A model generated the notes under the pieces. The model ran no database searches, was not told where the DNA came from, and saw nothing but the letters and a program-made list of their open reading frames with translations. A program made the translations under genes and the position numbers. Source: the human T2T-CHM13v2.0 reference genome, Homo sapiens. Taken from it: a stretch of 64,000 bases of DNA. The DNA lies in NCBI RefSeq assembly GCF_009914755.1, contig NC_060941.1; one strand, written 5' to 3'. Positions 23,369 through 41,255 of the stretch are shown here, piece by piece. Numbering within the stretch: position 1 is the stretch's first letter; every line of letters begins with the position of its first letter.

Positions 23369-24170
23369 TTAGTGCTAGAGACTCTTACCATAGATGCAAG
23401 TGAGATCGCCATGGGAAAGTGGGTGGAGAGCCAAGGGACCATGGATACACCAAGGTTTAAAGGTAAACAGAGCAGGAGGAACAAGGTAAGAAGACTAAGA
23501 GAAAGGCCAGAAATGCATGGGAGAAACCAGGCAGTAATGTGAAGGAAGCCAGGCCTGGGGGAGATTTAAGAAGGGAAAGTGCACAATTCTATCAAGTTCC
23601 TTAGGGACGATAAGTATGATGAAGGCCAGAAATAGGGAAAGGAAGAGAGGATTGGTAGAATAAGGTCCAAATAGCTGATGGGCTTGAAGAAGAGCCTTTG
23701 ATAGAAGGAGGGCCATTTTTCCCTAATATGAAATGAAAGGAGATAAATATGAGAGCAATCTACCTGTACCTCTTTCCCTTCATAACCAAGGGCTATTCAA
23801 CATTCATCAGAGCACCTCTGATGAAGGTGCATAGCTGGGAATGGAATTCAGCACATATTGATGGTCAGGTCCTGTGCTAGATACTTTATGTAAATCATCT
23901 CACTGCAGCCCTTTGAGGCTGACAGCATAATCCTCCCTTTCGAGATGAGGAAATCAAGGCTCAGCATGGCCAAGTCAACTGCTTGTCTCTTTCCTCTCCA
24001 CTGATTGCCAGGTCACATTCCCCAAAACGGATCTGTGAAGAGCCTTTTATTTCTCACTGGCTCGAGCTCCTAATGCCGATAAGTGAAAATAAAGATAGAC
24101 TTGGGCCAGATGTAGGCTGCTATTTCTACCACGAACACATTCACAGGAACATACTTAAATCAATGGGTAG

Positions 24171-24511
<341 letters not shown>

Positions 24512-24658
24512 ACAAAAATGCTTTCTTTCAAAGGGGCAGAGGACAGCTGGGGGGAGGGGGGCACGAGGGGAGTGGGTGATGTTGGGGAGGGAGGTCAGCC
24601 AGGATGACTTCAGGGCTGCTTGGGAATACCTGGTTCATTTTATCTTGAAAGTTGGTGA

Positions 24659-25377
24659 TGTAAAGCAAAATAAAAGTCTCAGGATTCCCAAACTCATTAT
24701 GCCAAAGGAAGAGTTAAGCCTGAGTCAGGTAACGTTACCATCCTTTTCCCAAACAGACAGCGATTACTTCCCAACCTTGTGTCAAAGCATTATACATTAA
24801 CCAGACCCCCACAAAGGCAAAAGGCCTCCTGCACCCCTCTGGATGACTGCCCTCACAAGGGATGACCCCTTAACCTTTCAAGATGTATATCCTCCTATAA
24901 AACAAGTACATGTCAGTTGTAACTTTAGGTCTGTAAGCTGAATTTAGCTCCTAAAACTAAGGTCTGTTAAGTCTCACATGGACAAATATCGAGCTTATCT
25001 CCCCAGGTACAGAACAAGGACTAGACGAGATCAATCATTCCTTCCTCCACCCTGCCATGTCTACATAATTGACTCTTCGTTTTTACTCCCTCTTCTTTAA
25101 ATGTTCACTGAATCTTGTGTAAAATGTAGATTTACTGGGCACTAAGTAGAGCCTCACAAGAATGTAATCGTTTGCCTCACCGCCTAGTCCCCACTTCCTG
25201 CATGCTTTTCACCTTTAAAGAAACATATAAATGCTGAGCCTCCTGAAAACCTCTTTGGACAGCACAGGCCACAGGGGCTTCTGTGACTTGTATTTTTCCC
25301 GGGTGTTCCCTCAGGCTCTGGCTCAATAAACCTTGGGTGATTGAGACTCCTGCCTCATTCTCTCATTTGGGTTGACA
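24659..25377 (+). mobile_element. ERV1-class solo LTR
   Basis: TG...CA ends (TGTAAAGCAAAATAAAA...GGGTTGACA); TATAAA ~25226; AATAAA 25325; near-TSD GTGA/GTGT. Confidence 0.75.
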
Positions 25378-25654
25378 GTGTCATGTTTAAACTCAAATGT
25401 TCACAGTGTTTTTCTACCCTGTGAGGCTGATGGTCTTATTAGTATAATCTGTATTTGAAAGATAAGCAGAGGCTTGGGTGCTTGCCCATGTTCCTTTGGC
25501 TTTAGGAGCTAGGACTTAACTCAGTGCTATGAATCCAGAGGCTGGGATGTTCTAATACCCAAGCATGAATGATTCTTCCACTAATAATCACCTTGCACTT
25601 GTGCCTGTGGGCCTTACCATGGCTTACAGGACCCCGGCATTCAGTACCCCTCCT

Positions 25655-26060
25655 AAAGAAAAAAATAATTCATGACACTTGTTCAAGATGCTAAGGCAGA
25701 TTTTATTCAGCGGGACTACTAGAATGGGATTTTGTAGTAGGAGAGAGAGATCAGGATCAATTCCAAAAACAACAAGGACAAGTGGAGATTTATAGACAAG
25801 GAGCAGGGTAGGGGTCAGTGGATGGAAAATTACTAAGAAGAAATGTCACAACTTGAAGGATTCTTGCTGAAGGAAGTCCAGCGGAATAATAAGGAGGTTG
25901 ATCAGATATCAAGAGTGGAGAATTTTCGCTGAAATGACCCAGTAGGATTCTTGCTAAAACTGGACCAAATAGGATGACAACGCCCAAGGTCAGGTATTAG
26001 TCAGAAAGAGGACTCAGAGAAGCCTGAGTCAAGTCTGGTCAAAAAAGACAGTCTTTGTCA
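25655..26060 (-). mobile_element. ERV1 LTR (MER31/MER67-like)
   Basis: Ends GTCTTTGTCA, the reverse complement of a TGACAAAGAC start. Confidence 0.6.
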
Positions 26061-26604
26061 CAACCCTGACCTCATTGCCGATCCTGCTCTCCCCTCGCTC
26101 AAAACCCTACATCACGGGCCTTTTTCTGCACCAGGCTATGCCCACCTCAGGCCTTTGCACCTGCTAGGCCTGGATGCCTTTCTTAGCGGGTGTCTGGGGG
26201 CCAGGGCCCTTGGCCTTTCAGGTCTTACCCAAATATCCCCTTCTCAATGAGACTGTCCCTAGCTTCCATGTTTATGAGCACACGTCCACACACCCTCAGC
26301 ATTTTCCACACCTCTTCCCTGATTGATTTTTCACCCTAGCACATATCACCATCTCATACACTACATATTTTCTTTATATATTTGTTTATTGGCTATTTTC
26401 CCCACAACTAGAATGTCTGTTCTATGAAGGAGGAACTTGTGTCTGTTCTGTTCACAGCTTTATCCTCAACACCAGGAGCAGCATCTGGCACCTACAAGGG
26501 GCTCACTCTTTAAATGAATTGGACACCTGGATGAGGGTCTCTATAAATACCCTCGGATCCAGATGATCTATGTCAGTACCAAAGGATAAGAATCCCCAAT
26601 AGTA

Positions 26605-26895
26605 GGCCGAGCGCAGTGGCTCACGCCTCTAATCCCAGCACTCTAGGAGGCCGAGGTGGGTGGATCACGAGGTCAGGAGTTTGAGACTAGCCTGGCCAAG
26701 ATGGTGAAACCCCGTCTCTACTAAAAATACAAAAATTAGCTGGGCACAGTGGCAGGCACCTGTATTCCCAGTTACTCAGGAGGCTGAGGCGGGAGAATCA
26801 CTTGAACCCCGGAGGCAGAGGTTGCAGTGAGCTGAGATTGTGCCACTGTACTCTAGCCTGGGTGACAGAGCAAGACTCCGTCTCAAAAAAAAAAA
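26605..26895 (+). mobile_element. Alu
   Basis: Alu body; near-TSD AAGAATCCCC. Confidence 0.93.
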
Positions 26896-27112
26896 CAAGC
26901 AAAGAAATCCCCTGTAGTAAAGAAATCCCCAGTAGTCCAACCAATTCATAATATACTTCGTCATGCTTTCTTTCCATTTAATACAGTATCACAGAAATTA
27001 GCTCAGGTGAATGACAAAATATTCGCCTTCCGTAAGAAGTCTATGTTGGTACATGTTTGCAAGGGGGCAAAAAAGGAAAAGAAGTTCCAAATATTAAGAC
27101 AAAGAAATCCAT

Positions 27113-27526
27113 CTGATATGGTTTGGATCTGTGTGCCCACCAAATCTCATGTGGAATTGTAGTCCTCAGTGTTGGAGGTGGGGCCTGGTGGAAGGTGATT
27201 GGATCATGGGGACAGATTTCTCATGAATGGGTTAGCACCATCCCCTCAGTGCTGTTCTTGTGATAGTGAGTGAGTTATTGTGAGACCTGGTTGTTTAAAA
27301 GTGTGTAGTACCTTCCCCCGCCTCTTCCTCCCTCTCCAGCCATGTGAAGTGCTGGCTCACCCTTCACCTTCCCCCATGATTGTAAGTTTCCTGAGGGCTC
27401 CCCAGAAGCAGAAGCTCTTAGGCTTCCTGTACAGCCTGCAGAATGGTGAGCCAATTAAACCTCTTTTCCTTATAAATTACCCAGTCTCAGGTATTTCTTT
27501 ATAGCAGTGCAAGAACTGAACAATAC
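27113..27526 (+). mobile_element. MST-type MaLR solo LTR
   Basis: TGATATGGTTTGGATCTGTGT...CTTTATAGCAGTGCAAGAACTGAACAATAC; TSD CCATC. Confidence 0.88.
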
Positions 27527-28953
27527 GCCATCTAAGATTTAGTCTGCTGCAGAAGAATTCATATGTATACAAGATTGTCTTTCTCACTCCTCAAAATAAT
27601 AGATGAGTCAATAGGTATGTAAAACATAAAGAATGAACTGGGCCTTTAGTAGGGAATCAGTCAATATTAGCTATTATTATTATGTCCCCTTCCACACACC
27701 TCACCCTTTCCTGAAGCCTGCTCTTTCCTCTCCCTGGAATATGTCTTTCTTTGACCCTGTCTCTACCCACTGCCCCCTCACTTGACTCCCTGGCAATTCC
27801 TCATTCACCCTTTGAGTGTCAGCCATACTACTGCTTCTGTACAGAGGGTTTCTGACTGCCCTGGACAGGGCTAATCACTCCCTCCTCCAATAATAGCATC
27901 CAATACACAGGTGGAGATTATGTTGTGTTATAATTGTTCATTTGTCTCCACATCCTTCTCCCCTGAGGGCAGAGACTTACCTTATTGGACACTGTGTCCC
28001 CAGCCTCTAATACAAGTATGACACATGGCAGGACTGGGGGAATGATGGATGGACCTCAGGCATCCCAAACACAGTAAACAAGGAAGGAAAAAAATATCTC
28101 AGCCCACACAGGTGTTGCCCATTCATCATCCTTTGCCTGGGAGGATAGGTAAGCCCTGCTTCGAATGAACCCGGCATGCTTAAATGTTCAGCTAAAGCAA
28201 AGGGTGATTCATTCACACATGAGGGTTATTCATTTGAGGGCAGAGTTCACAAGTTTCTTTAAATAATGAGCTGCTTTGGTGCTCTCATAAGTAAGAGCCA
28301 TCTTTCAAACAGGCAATTCGACCTCACCCTAGCAGATGCACAAATGAATAACACAAAGTACGGGACCCTTGTTGAAAAGACAGGTAAATCAGCATCACTT
28401 TCTACTTGGTCATGCACACTGTCACATTCACTGGCCACAGTCATCTATCTGTGTGATGCCAACAAACAGATTGACAAAAGCTCCCCAAAACGTCAAATCC
28501 AGATTAAGGAAGTTGGGGGGCAGAGAATCATCTAGACTGAGCAACAAGCAGGAATTTGGCCTTTTTGTTCCTATTTTTTTTTTTCTGTTATAACATCCTC
28601 AGTCCCTAGACTGGTCCCTGGCACATAGGCAACACCCAATAAACATCTGTTGAATGAATGTGTGAATAAAGGACCCTACAACATCACTGGGAAAGAAACA
28701 AGGTGGAGAAGGCATTAAACGACTGTAGTTGGAAGGAATTCTTTAATAAGCCACTAGGAGCCCGTTGGTGTGAGTCCCCCAGGAGGCATGCTCAGGTTGG
28801 CGAGAGTGCACAGATGGTGACCAAATTGCTGTCCAAACTGACAGAGTGTGGGCTCAATGTATTGAAGGCCTTTTGTTTTGCTAAGCAAAGCATGCAGCTC
28901 CTATCTGGACATAAAGAACTGCCCCAGCCTCCTCCTTTTCTACCCTTTCTCTA

Positions 28954-29318
<365 letters not shown>

Positions 29319-30933
29319 CTTGAATGTTTAAAGAACATTGTTTAAAATGACACAAAATTATTAGAAAGGCTGGGGTAACCACATGCCTCAGTTTAGCCTC
29401 GGCCATCATTTGATCCAGAACCATTTATAAGAGCTAGAAAATGCACAGAACAATTTTAAGAGTGGTACTGAACTGTTCTTCAGGTTGTTTGTGCATGAAA
29501 AATATCCCCAGGTGGGCTGTAATCATAATTTTAAAAGCTCAGCCATATGGGAAAGAAGCACTAGGATTATTTACCCAGTGTCAATCATATGTCAGACTGT
29601 ATAAACTTGACACTTTCAACATATTATTTAATCCTTATGACCGCACTGCAAGAGAAGTGATATACCCCTTTTGCAGACAGGAACTGAAGCTCAAAAAGTA
29701 ATACCAAACTTACCGAAGCTCACCCAGCCAATTTGTCACAGGCTGTCTGCTTCCACCCTGACTCAACACGCAGCTCATAGATGGGATTCAAAAAACACTT
29801 TAAGAGACTTCAAGAGAACCAAATCCTAATGATCAAAAAGTTTTCCTGACCTTTTCAGTGACTGACACAGTAGATCGGGTGTGTTAAGTGTGGCCTGGCA
29901 CAGAACAGCAAAGGACCTGTGACCTCTCCCAGGAGATAGGGCAAGCCTCCAAAGCCTACTTTCCCAAGCCCCCCTTAAGCCTTGCTAGTCTATTTTGACT
30001 TCACAAGTCTGACTGCAGTGAAAGTCTGAGTGATAATGAGCTGTGTGGCAGAATGAGAAAGCGTTCTGTTGTGTTGAACAGGCCCCTGATGAGAATAGCT
30101 TAACTCCCCTTGCAGAGTGGCGAGAGTGCACAGTGGCACTGTTTCTTGGAAAAATAACACCACCAATCCATTGCAGGGATGTAGGTGGGAATGGCACAGA
30201 ATGTAAGAACATATTGGCACTGTCTATTTAAAATAGCAAAAGCAGTAGAAAGACATAAATGCAGTAATTCTAACCTTGTTAAACTAAAAACATTCCTCGG
30301 GGCCCCTTGAGAAACTTTTATTTTGCTGCACAAGGAGGGAGGTGAACCAGCTTCTTCGAGGTCAGTTTCCTTTGGAGATTTTCCTATTCCACTCTCCATC
30401 TCACTGGCACGTGAGAAGAGTAGACATAAACTGAAGACACCAAGTATAAATGTAGAGATTTGGAAATGAGCTCTATTTTTAAAAGGTCTTCCTTTGGGTA
30501 AACCCATCAATAAACCTTTGCCCCAGGAATGGCTCTCTTGAAAATGAAAAAAGCCTCTAGGGTTCCTGGGTTCACTCGGGTTCTGCCACTTACCTTGGGC
30601 AAGGAAACTTATTCATCTGTATTTGTTTCCTCATCTGTAAAATGGGAATAAGAAAATGATTTATCTATAAGTTTTTTGTAAACACAAAATGAGATAATCC
30701 ATGTAAACTAGCAGAGTACCTGATACATAAGAAGCAGTCAGTTGTTCATTATTATTACCTTTAAAACCCAGTCATAAATATGGACGAAGCTGTATGTTCA
30801 CTGCAGCATTGTTTATATTAAAAAATCTAAAGCAATCTAAATATCCAAAATTAGGCAAATGATTAAGCAAAATAGGCTGCATATCCAGTTCTGAAAGATG
30901 ATGAAATCATTGAAAATTCTTGCTATGAAATGA

Positions 30934-31307
<374 letters not shown>

Positions 31308-33604
31308 TTACATATGTGGCATATTTACAGCTGTATAATAAAAATAGGGAAATAAAAAATTGCAAGTATATTAAAATATATTATGATAAATGAATGCTGG
31401 ATAATTTTTAGCTTTCTCTATTTTCCAAAGGATTTTATATAGCTGTATGATTTTTAAAGTAAAAATATTCAAAATATTTTTAAAAATTTAAGTTGTTGCT
31501 TCTGGAGTATAATCTGCACTAAGACCCAATGATTGCACAATTGTTTTATTTTATTACTATATTCAGAAAAGAGGACCAGAGGGAAATACGTTAGGCCAAA
31601 TACTTTTTTCTCTCAAAATAATTTTGTAAATTGTTATTTCTAGGAAAGCACCAATAAAAATGCTGGACATTTTCTTCTTTAGGACATATTTTCTAATATT
31701 TACACTCTATTTTCTCATCAACTTTCCTGTGGTTGCCACGAATGTTCTAGCTGACCCTTGTGGTCAAAAAAGCCTCTAAGGCCTAAGAAGCTAAAAGTCA
31801 GTTTCCAGCTAGTAAGAGTGCTTGTGATGGACAGGATAAACTTGCTAAAACCAAAGTCTGTCCTAAAAAATGCTTTATTCTCAGTCTTTCCCTTCCACAG
31901 CAACATTCTCCAACCTTCCCCCGACCCTGCCCCTTTCATTCAACAAAACTTCTTCACTCTTGTCATAAGCCAGTGCTATGCTAGAAGCTAGGAACAGAAG
32001 TGGATGAGACTCTGTCCCTGCCTGAAGGAGGTCAGTCCCAAGACCAGAGGTAAAGACAGTAAACACAATCACAATGCACCATGACAGGGGCCATGAAGGA
32101 ATATCTGTGCCATGGGGTCAAAGGAGGGCACTACTACTCATGCCAGGGGGAACTTGGTCAATGGCACAAGGGAGATGGGTGGCACCTGATGAAGGCTTGG
32201 AATAAGCAACTATTTGCCAGGTAGGAAAGGGGCTGGAGTAAGGGCATTCCAGGCCAAGGAACAGCAGGTACAAAAACACAGCTGCAAAAGCACCATGAGG
32301 GCATGTGTGTTGTGGGGGAGGCTGTGAAAATCACTAGCAGGGCTGATGTCAAGTGGGGTTCAGCTGGGGAGAGGGCCGATCAGGCGGAGTCAGCATGTGA
32401 AGAGTCCATGCTAAAGCATCTGGCGTGAATCTTATAGGATAATAGTCAGTGGAAGTTTTGGAGCATCGAGACACATGCTCAGATTTTATTTTGGGAAGAT
32501 AATGCTGGTACAGTGTGGAGGATGAGCTCATTTGAGGGGTGTAAGCAGTGGCAGGGATACAAATGAGGAGGTGGCTGCTGTAGTCTGATGAGTGCTAAGT
32601 AGGTCTTTTTAGGACCCTGCAGTGTGAAGAGAGGTGAGGAACCAGACCAGGGAGTTGTGAGAAAGGCAGGGGTGACAGTTCTGGCTGACCTGTTGCATCT
32701 GGGGGGTGCAAGAAATCAAGGATGCATGAATGAACAGATGGCTGTGGCCATGCCATTAACTAAGTTAGGAAATTTCAGAAAATAGGTTTGGTGGTAGGAT
32801 GAGGAAAGATAATGAAATCAGTTTGGGACGGTTTGAGTCAATATGTCTGGGAGCATTTAGGCAGTTGACTAGAGAGAGGTCTAGTCCTTAGAAAATAGTT
32901 TAAGGCTGAAGATACTGACCAAGAAGCTGACAGCACAATAGTGGGGACACTCTAGAAATGGATGAGGTCACACTGGTGACCTAAAGGACAGAACTCTTGG
33001 GAATCATAACGCTTCAAGACACTCAATCTTCAAAATTAGATTTGACAGAGAGTTATCTGAGGGATTATTGAGGTTCTAAACCATGTGAATAGTGTTTTCT
33101 TTTCTGTGTCCATGCCTGATGAATTTTTAGTTCAAGTTTTTTTATTTGTTTTTGCTGACTCTAGAAATGCAGTGGTATAGTCAATGGGAGGCTTCGGAAT
33201 CAGATAGAGCTGGTTGCTGTTCCAGCTCCCTGATTTAGGATGAAGCAGTTGAACTTCTCTGGCCCTGGTTTCCCACACTACAGAAGAGGTAGAATGGCAT
33301 CTAACACTAGGAGAGTTGTTAAGATTTATAATCTGCTACTTGTCTGGTTGGTAACATAAAAGACTGTCACCTCAGTCCTATAGAATATTAAATATGCTAA
33401 ACCAAAAGGCTTACCTTGGTAAGGATGCATCATCTAAAAAACTTGAAATCATTAGGTCCTGACTAGTGTATTTTAAACTGAAAATGTCTGTTGATTAATG
33501 TTTGAGCTGACTCTGGCATTTCAATTATTAAAAAGTAGACTAGAAAGTTCTAAGTGACAGGGTGTATTCATTTTTCTTCACAGTCATCTAATTTAGAGAC
33601 AGTG

Positions 33605-35322
33605 GAACAAATCCAAGTAACAACTTTATTGTAGTATACAGCACAATTTTTACATACATATTAGTGGTTTTGACAGTGTTACTTTTGAGTAGACCTTAAA
33701 TGAATCCACAAAGTTAATATATTAAAAATAAAATATACACAGTAAAACAACAGGCATCCAGATGTTCAGAATCATGCAGATAGGAGTGGTTTGGTTGGTG
33801 TTATCACTGGGTACCTTGCCTATTTAACTCGCCAGCAAATACCACTTCTTCTGTTTCTCATTCCCATATAATTCATCAAAATCAGAGAGTTCTAAACATA
33901 TACAAAATAAACCTCTTTTAAAGCCACATCAGTAAAAAATTTCAATTAATAAGGTTATCATCAAACCAAGAATTCCACTGATCATTTGATCAGCCCATTA
34001 CTAGGAAACAGGCAATATCAGCACCCGATCTAAAGGCAAGCCTATTTCATTTATTAAAACACCAACAAGAGAGATTAATCAACAAAGCAATTATTAACAA
34101 CATGTTAATCTTAATATAAGACACTGAGAGAAAAGTAAAAATAATACATAAATATCACTCCACTGAGCCAGGATATAACTCATGGACTACAGATACATGA
34201 GTTTCTACCTGTCAAACAATGCTTTAAATATTTTTTCTAGGAAAAAAAAAAAAAACACAATATATGAGAAGATGCAAAGGAAAGGCAGAAATGTGAATTT
34301 ATGCATCTAGTTCCACAATTTAAAATAAATATCAAACTGACAATATAAAGCTAAGTGACAATGACTTAACCATTGGGCACCAAACAGGCAATACAACTGC
34401 TCACTGTAATACATAATGCTCTTCAGGAGTTTCCAGCAGATGGCCATCACAACAATACTGTCATAATACAGAAAAAACATTTATCCACTGTGGAAAGAGA
34501 CCCTGAAGAGAATGTGGCAAAGGCATAGAGAAAAAGTTGGATCTTTTGAAAAAGTTAATGATATCAAAATACTTTTCCATCACTGGTAAACCAAGCTAGG
34601 TCAAGTATATGTCCCAAAGCAGCACTGAATTCAGAGTAAGAGGTTGGCAGAAAAGTTTGGAAAACTGCAGTTTTTAAAAATTGGCAATTTCTCCATGCTT
34701 AATAAAACTATCAGAAGAGGTATAATGTTTGTGCGTTTGTGGAATGTTGACTGCTTGCTGCAAAAATTTACAACATGAATGAGGACCTGCAGAGATGCAT
34801 ATCAATGAAATATTTTTTAAAAAATTTACAAAAAACTAAAGTTTCTATTTAAAAAAGAACCATGTTATGCCAAGATGAAACATGGTAAAAAGTAGTGTAA
34901 GTTCTGTCCATGATTCTTTACCTAGTGAATGGGAAAGTAATAGAAACAATTTTCTTCTTAAAAAGGAAGGTTTGTTATTGCACTGACTTTTACAACCTGA
35001 CATAGTAATTTAGAAAAATCATGTAGTAAAATCTGTAAAATTAAAATATAAAAGTCTGGTTTGTAAACATCAGTTGGCCAAGTCTATTCAGAGTCCTTCA
35101 TGATAGTGGAATGGAATGAATAATTAATTCACTACCTTATTTATTTGCTGTGAGGCAGAAAATTCCAGAACACAGCCTTTATACTTTCACAGTAATTATA
35201 TTCAAAAGATATAAAGTCAGTGCAGTTATTTTTTTTCTTTCCCTGTGCAATGTTTAGCTCTCACCCCACTCCCAAGTGCCATAATTGAAATAATACTGGT
35301 TTGGAGAATTAGTACAGATTGG
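33605..35322 (-). other. MMD: MMD 3'UTR (~1.7 kb, AU-rich, no obvious repeats)
   Basis: Follows the stop codon and ends after the distal AATAAA, which has upstream UGUA motifs and downstream GU-rich sequence. Confidence 0.85.
33625..33630 (-). terminator. Distal polyadenylation signal AATAAA
   Basis: mRNA-sense context TATGTATGTAAAAATTGTGCTGTATACTAC-AATAAA-GTTGTTACTTGGATTTGTT: three UGUA upstream, GU-rich downstream. Confidence 0.85.
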
Positions 35323-35523
35323 TCATAAATGCCGCATAAAGTCCGTAGGACTTCGGTAAAGGTATTTCCAAATGGCGTAGTAATGCACTGCAGCTGCCGT
35401 GGCCACAAACAGGTGCCAGATGGCGTGGGCAAATGGAATGATGCCATCACTCTTGAAGAACACAACTCCCAAGCAATAAATTAAGCCCCCACAGGCAAGT
35501 TCCTGAAGTCCATCGGTGTTGTT
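35323..35523 (-). CDS. MMD: MMD exon 7 coding part ([13 protein letters not shown]...HAIWH...DFMRHL*)
   Basis: Acceptor TTTTTTCTCTGTTGACAG|; TGA at 35325-35323; 201 nt; HxxxH motif; exon lengths sum to 717 nt = 238 aa + stop. Confidence 0.97.
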
Positions 35524-37319
35524 CTGTCAACAGAGAAAAAAAAATAAAAAGGGTTTGATGTTACTCTGCATGGCAAGCTACAGATAACTGTAATTCTCTC
35601 TAAGGCTCTTGATTTTCTAGACAATGAAGAAGCTGTGTGAACACAATCCTGATCTGTAAACATGAACCAAACATAAAAAAAGTCTCTTATACATCGACCT
35701 GGATTGCCCTTTGGACTGACACTCTTGAGTTGAGCAAGCAATCACATTACAGGTCCCAAATGAAAAAGCAGAACATTCTGCTCATTTACAGCATATTTAA
35801 GCAAACTGCAATCATAGCCAGACATGGGAGTTCATTTTAATAAAGTGCAATCCTCTGTTCTCATCTTCCCCTTTAAATGCTTCCTTCCCTACTAAGGCAG
35901 GCCCAAGCCACTCTATTTATAATTTACATCTCAGGCAGGGTATTTACTTCCCTTTGTCCTTCTCAAACACTGTTCTACACTGATTGCTGCTTTGAGACTT
36001 CCCCTGCTTATGTGAGCTTATAGATTCCTTAAGGCTGACACAGGAAAACCGTAACTAGAAGTGACCTCTGAAATCACAGATCACATAGTACAAGATATTT
36101 CCTAGCCTTCTAGATGTCTCCAGGCCTTTTTGTATTCGAGCCTGGCCATTGCTTAGCTTAGCAATAAGTTAATATTCTTGTGTGTCTTAGGGCAGAAGGG
36201 AGAATTTTTTAGGCTGTTCTTGGTTTTCAAAGACCAAGGCCCATCTACAAGATTAAAATGGCTTGTATGAATGAGGAGAGAGAATAGAGGCAATGCTTAG
36301 AAGCTGATGAAGAAACAAGTTAGTCCCCTGGATTTCTGAGGACTAGGAATAGAAAGGAGACAGGTTCTGCAGAGTGAATGGAAACCTAAGGCAGATCACG
36401 GCAGGGCCTTGGAAGGGGATAGGTGTGTGGGTGTCCTAGAGGCCTGGGCACTGGGCAGCAGCCTTGTGTGCCCCGCAAGAGTAAAGGGAAGCTCTAACTC
36501 AGGCACCTGATTAGAATGGGCCCCAAGGCCCTCGGCTAAAAGCAAGGCAACAATAGACCATCATGAGCTAAGGACCAGGTGTGAGGATCTAGGGCCAGCT
36601 GTGAGCTTCAGTCCTTTTTCAAAGTTCACAGAAGCCCCCATGTTTTGTGTGGGATCAAAAGATGGGGAAGGAGCCAATCCAAATGGACTGACATTGGATT
36701 TCTTCCTAACCTTGGTAAGAAAGGACTTCAGCTAGATTTATTTTTATTTAAAAAGTAAAAACAAAGACAAAATACCACACGTTATTAATTCCTCAAGGTT
36801 ATACAGCAATGAATACACATTATACAAAAGTATTTGTGTGTGTATTAGGAGCCCTCTTCTAGGATAGGGGTAAGGCTCTCATCAGATTCGCAAAGGGGCA
36901 CAGGGACTCCCAAATAGTAAGAGTCACTCATCTAACACAACCCCCTTATTGCAGAGGTGAGGAGACTAAGGCCAGAGCAGTGAAGTGGCCTGAACAAAAT
37001 CACATGGCCAGTCACTGTTACAAAATATCCTTTTTTTTCCTTTCTGCCAAAACAAGCAAGACACCAAACCAAGTACGCAGGTTAGTTTTGACATGCATTC
37101 TGTTAACTAGTATCCTCAAGATACCACATTTACCTCAACTTTCAAAGACCTAGAACATAGTTAATTCTGTATCAAAACAGAATTTTTTTTTCATTATCAT
37201 TATCATTATTGTAACTATGTGCCAGGCACTGTTTGAAGCACTTCATATATTTATTCATTTAATCTTCACAACGACCCTAAATTAGGTACTATTATCTCCA
37301 TTATACAGATGAGAAAACT

Positions 37320-40320
<3,001 letters not shown>

Positions 40321-41255
40321 AACCAAAGATTCGCATTTTCATTCATTCTGTTACTGTGTTAGTGGCTTTTGAGGTCCTTTGTGATCTGGACTCTTGTCTA
40401 GCTCTCCAGCTTTATTACAAGACTTGTGCTACCTGCATACCTGCCCCCACCATGCATATGTACATAACTCAAGCTGGTACATGTATTTTATGTTACAAAC
40501 AATGAGCTATTTTCATTTCTCCAAAGATGCTGGTGCTTCCCCCTTCTCTGGGCTTCCTTCATGCTGTATTCTCTACCTGTAACACTTGCCTCACCCCTAC
40601 CATCTCTCAGCTTCTACATGTTTTTCCAAATCAGCTGAAATATCACTTCCTCTGGTACTTCTGTCGTGTTCGCATAGCAGCCTGAACTTTCCCCCATCAA
40701 ATATTTTATCAAATTTCATGATCTCTTTTTCTTTAATAGGAACTGCATTTGCCTGCTTGACTCTAAGTTCTATGAAGGCAGTGTGGGGGATCATCCTGCT
40801 TGATTATCACAAACATTAGTCACCTGCTATTGTACCACTTATGGAAATGTCAATTTCAAATTTAGGCTAGTAAAATTACTGGATAAACCTGCTCTTATGA
40901 TACCCAGAGGGAATTTGCTTGAAATTCTACTCTATTAAGCTGCACAAACCTTGCTTATATTGCTTGGGGTGTCCTGAAATGCCTTCTAACTATATGGCCT
41001 TCAAGGCTGATTTTCTCATTTCTGTCCTTTAACTCCTCCTCCTTACCATTCCCTGTTGCTTTTACCATCTATATGTATTTTGGGTGCTAGGTAATTATTA
41101 AAGCCATCATAAACCTCGTATCTCAAAGAAATATATTTTGTTATATTCTCATGAAGACATCCCCTGAAAAAACAGAACCAGATTTGAAACTTTTAAACCT
41201 TTTATAGGTGTTTCTGTGACCAGGAAAAAAACTATCACAGAATTATGTTCTTACA

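Noticed and set aside
33673-33681. CAGTGTTA as a miR-141/200a site
   Set aside because: On the wrong strand relative to the MMD mRNA
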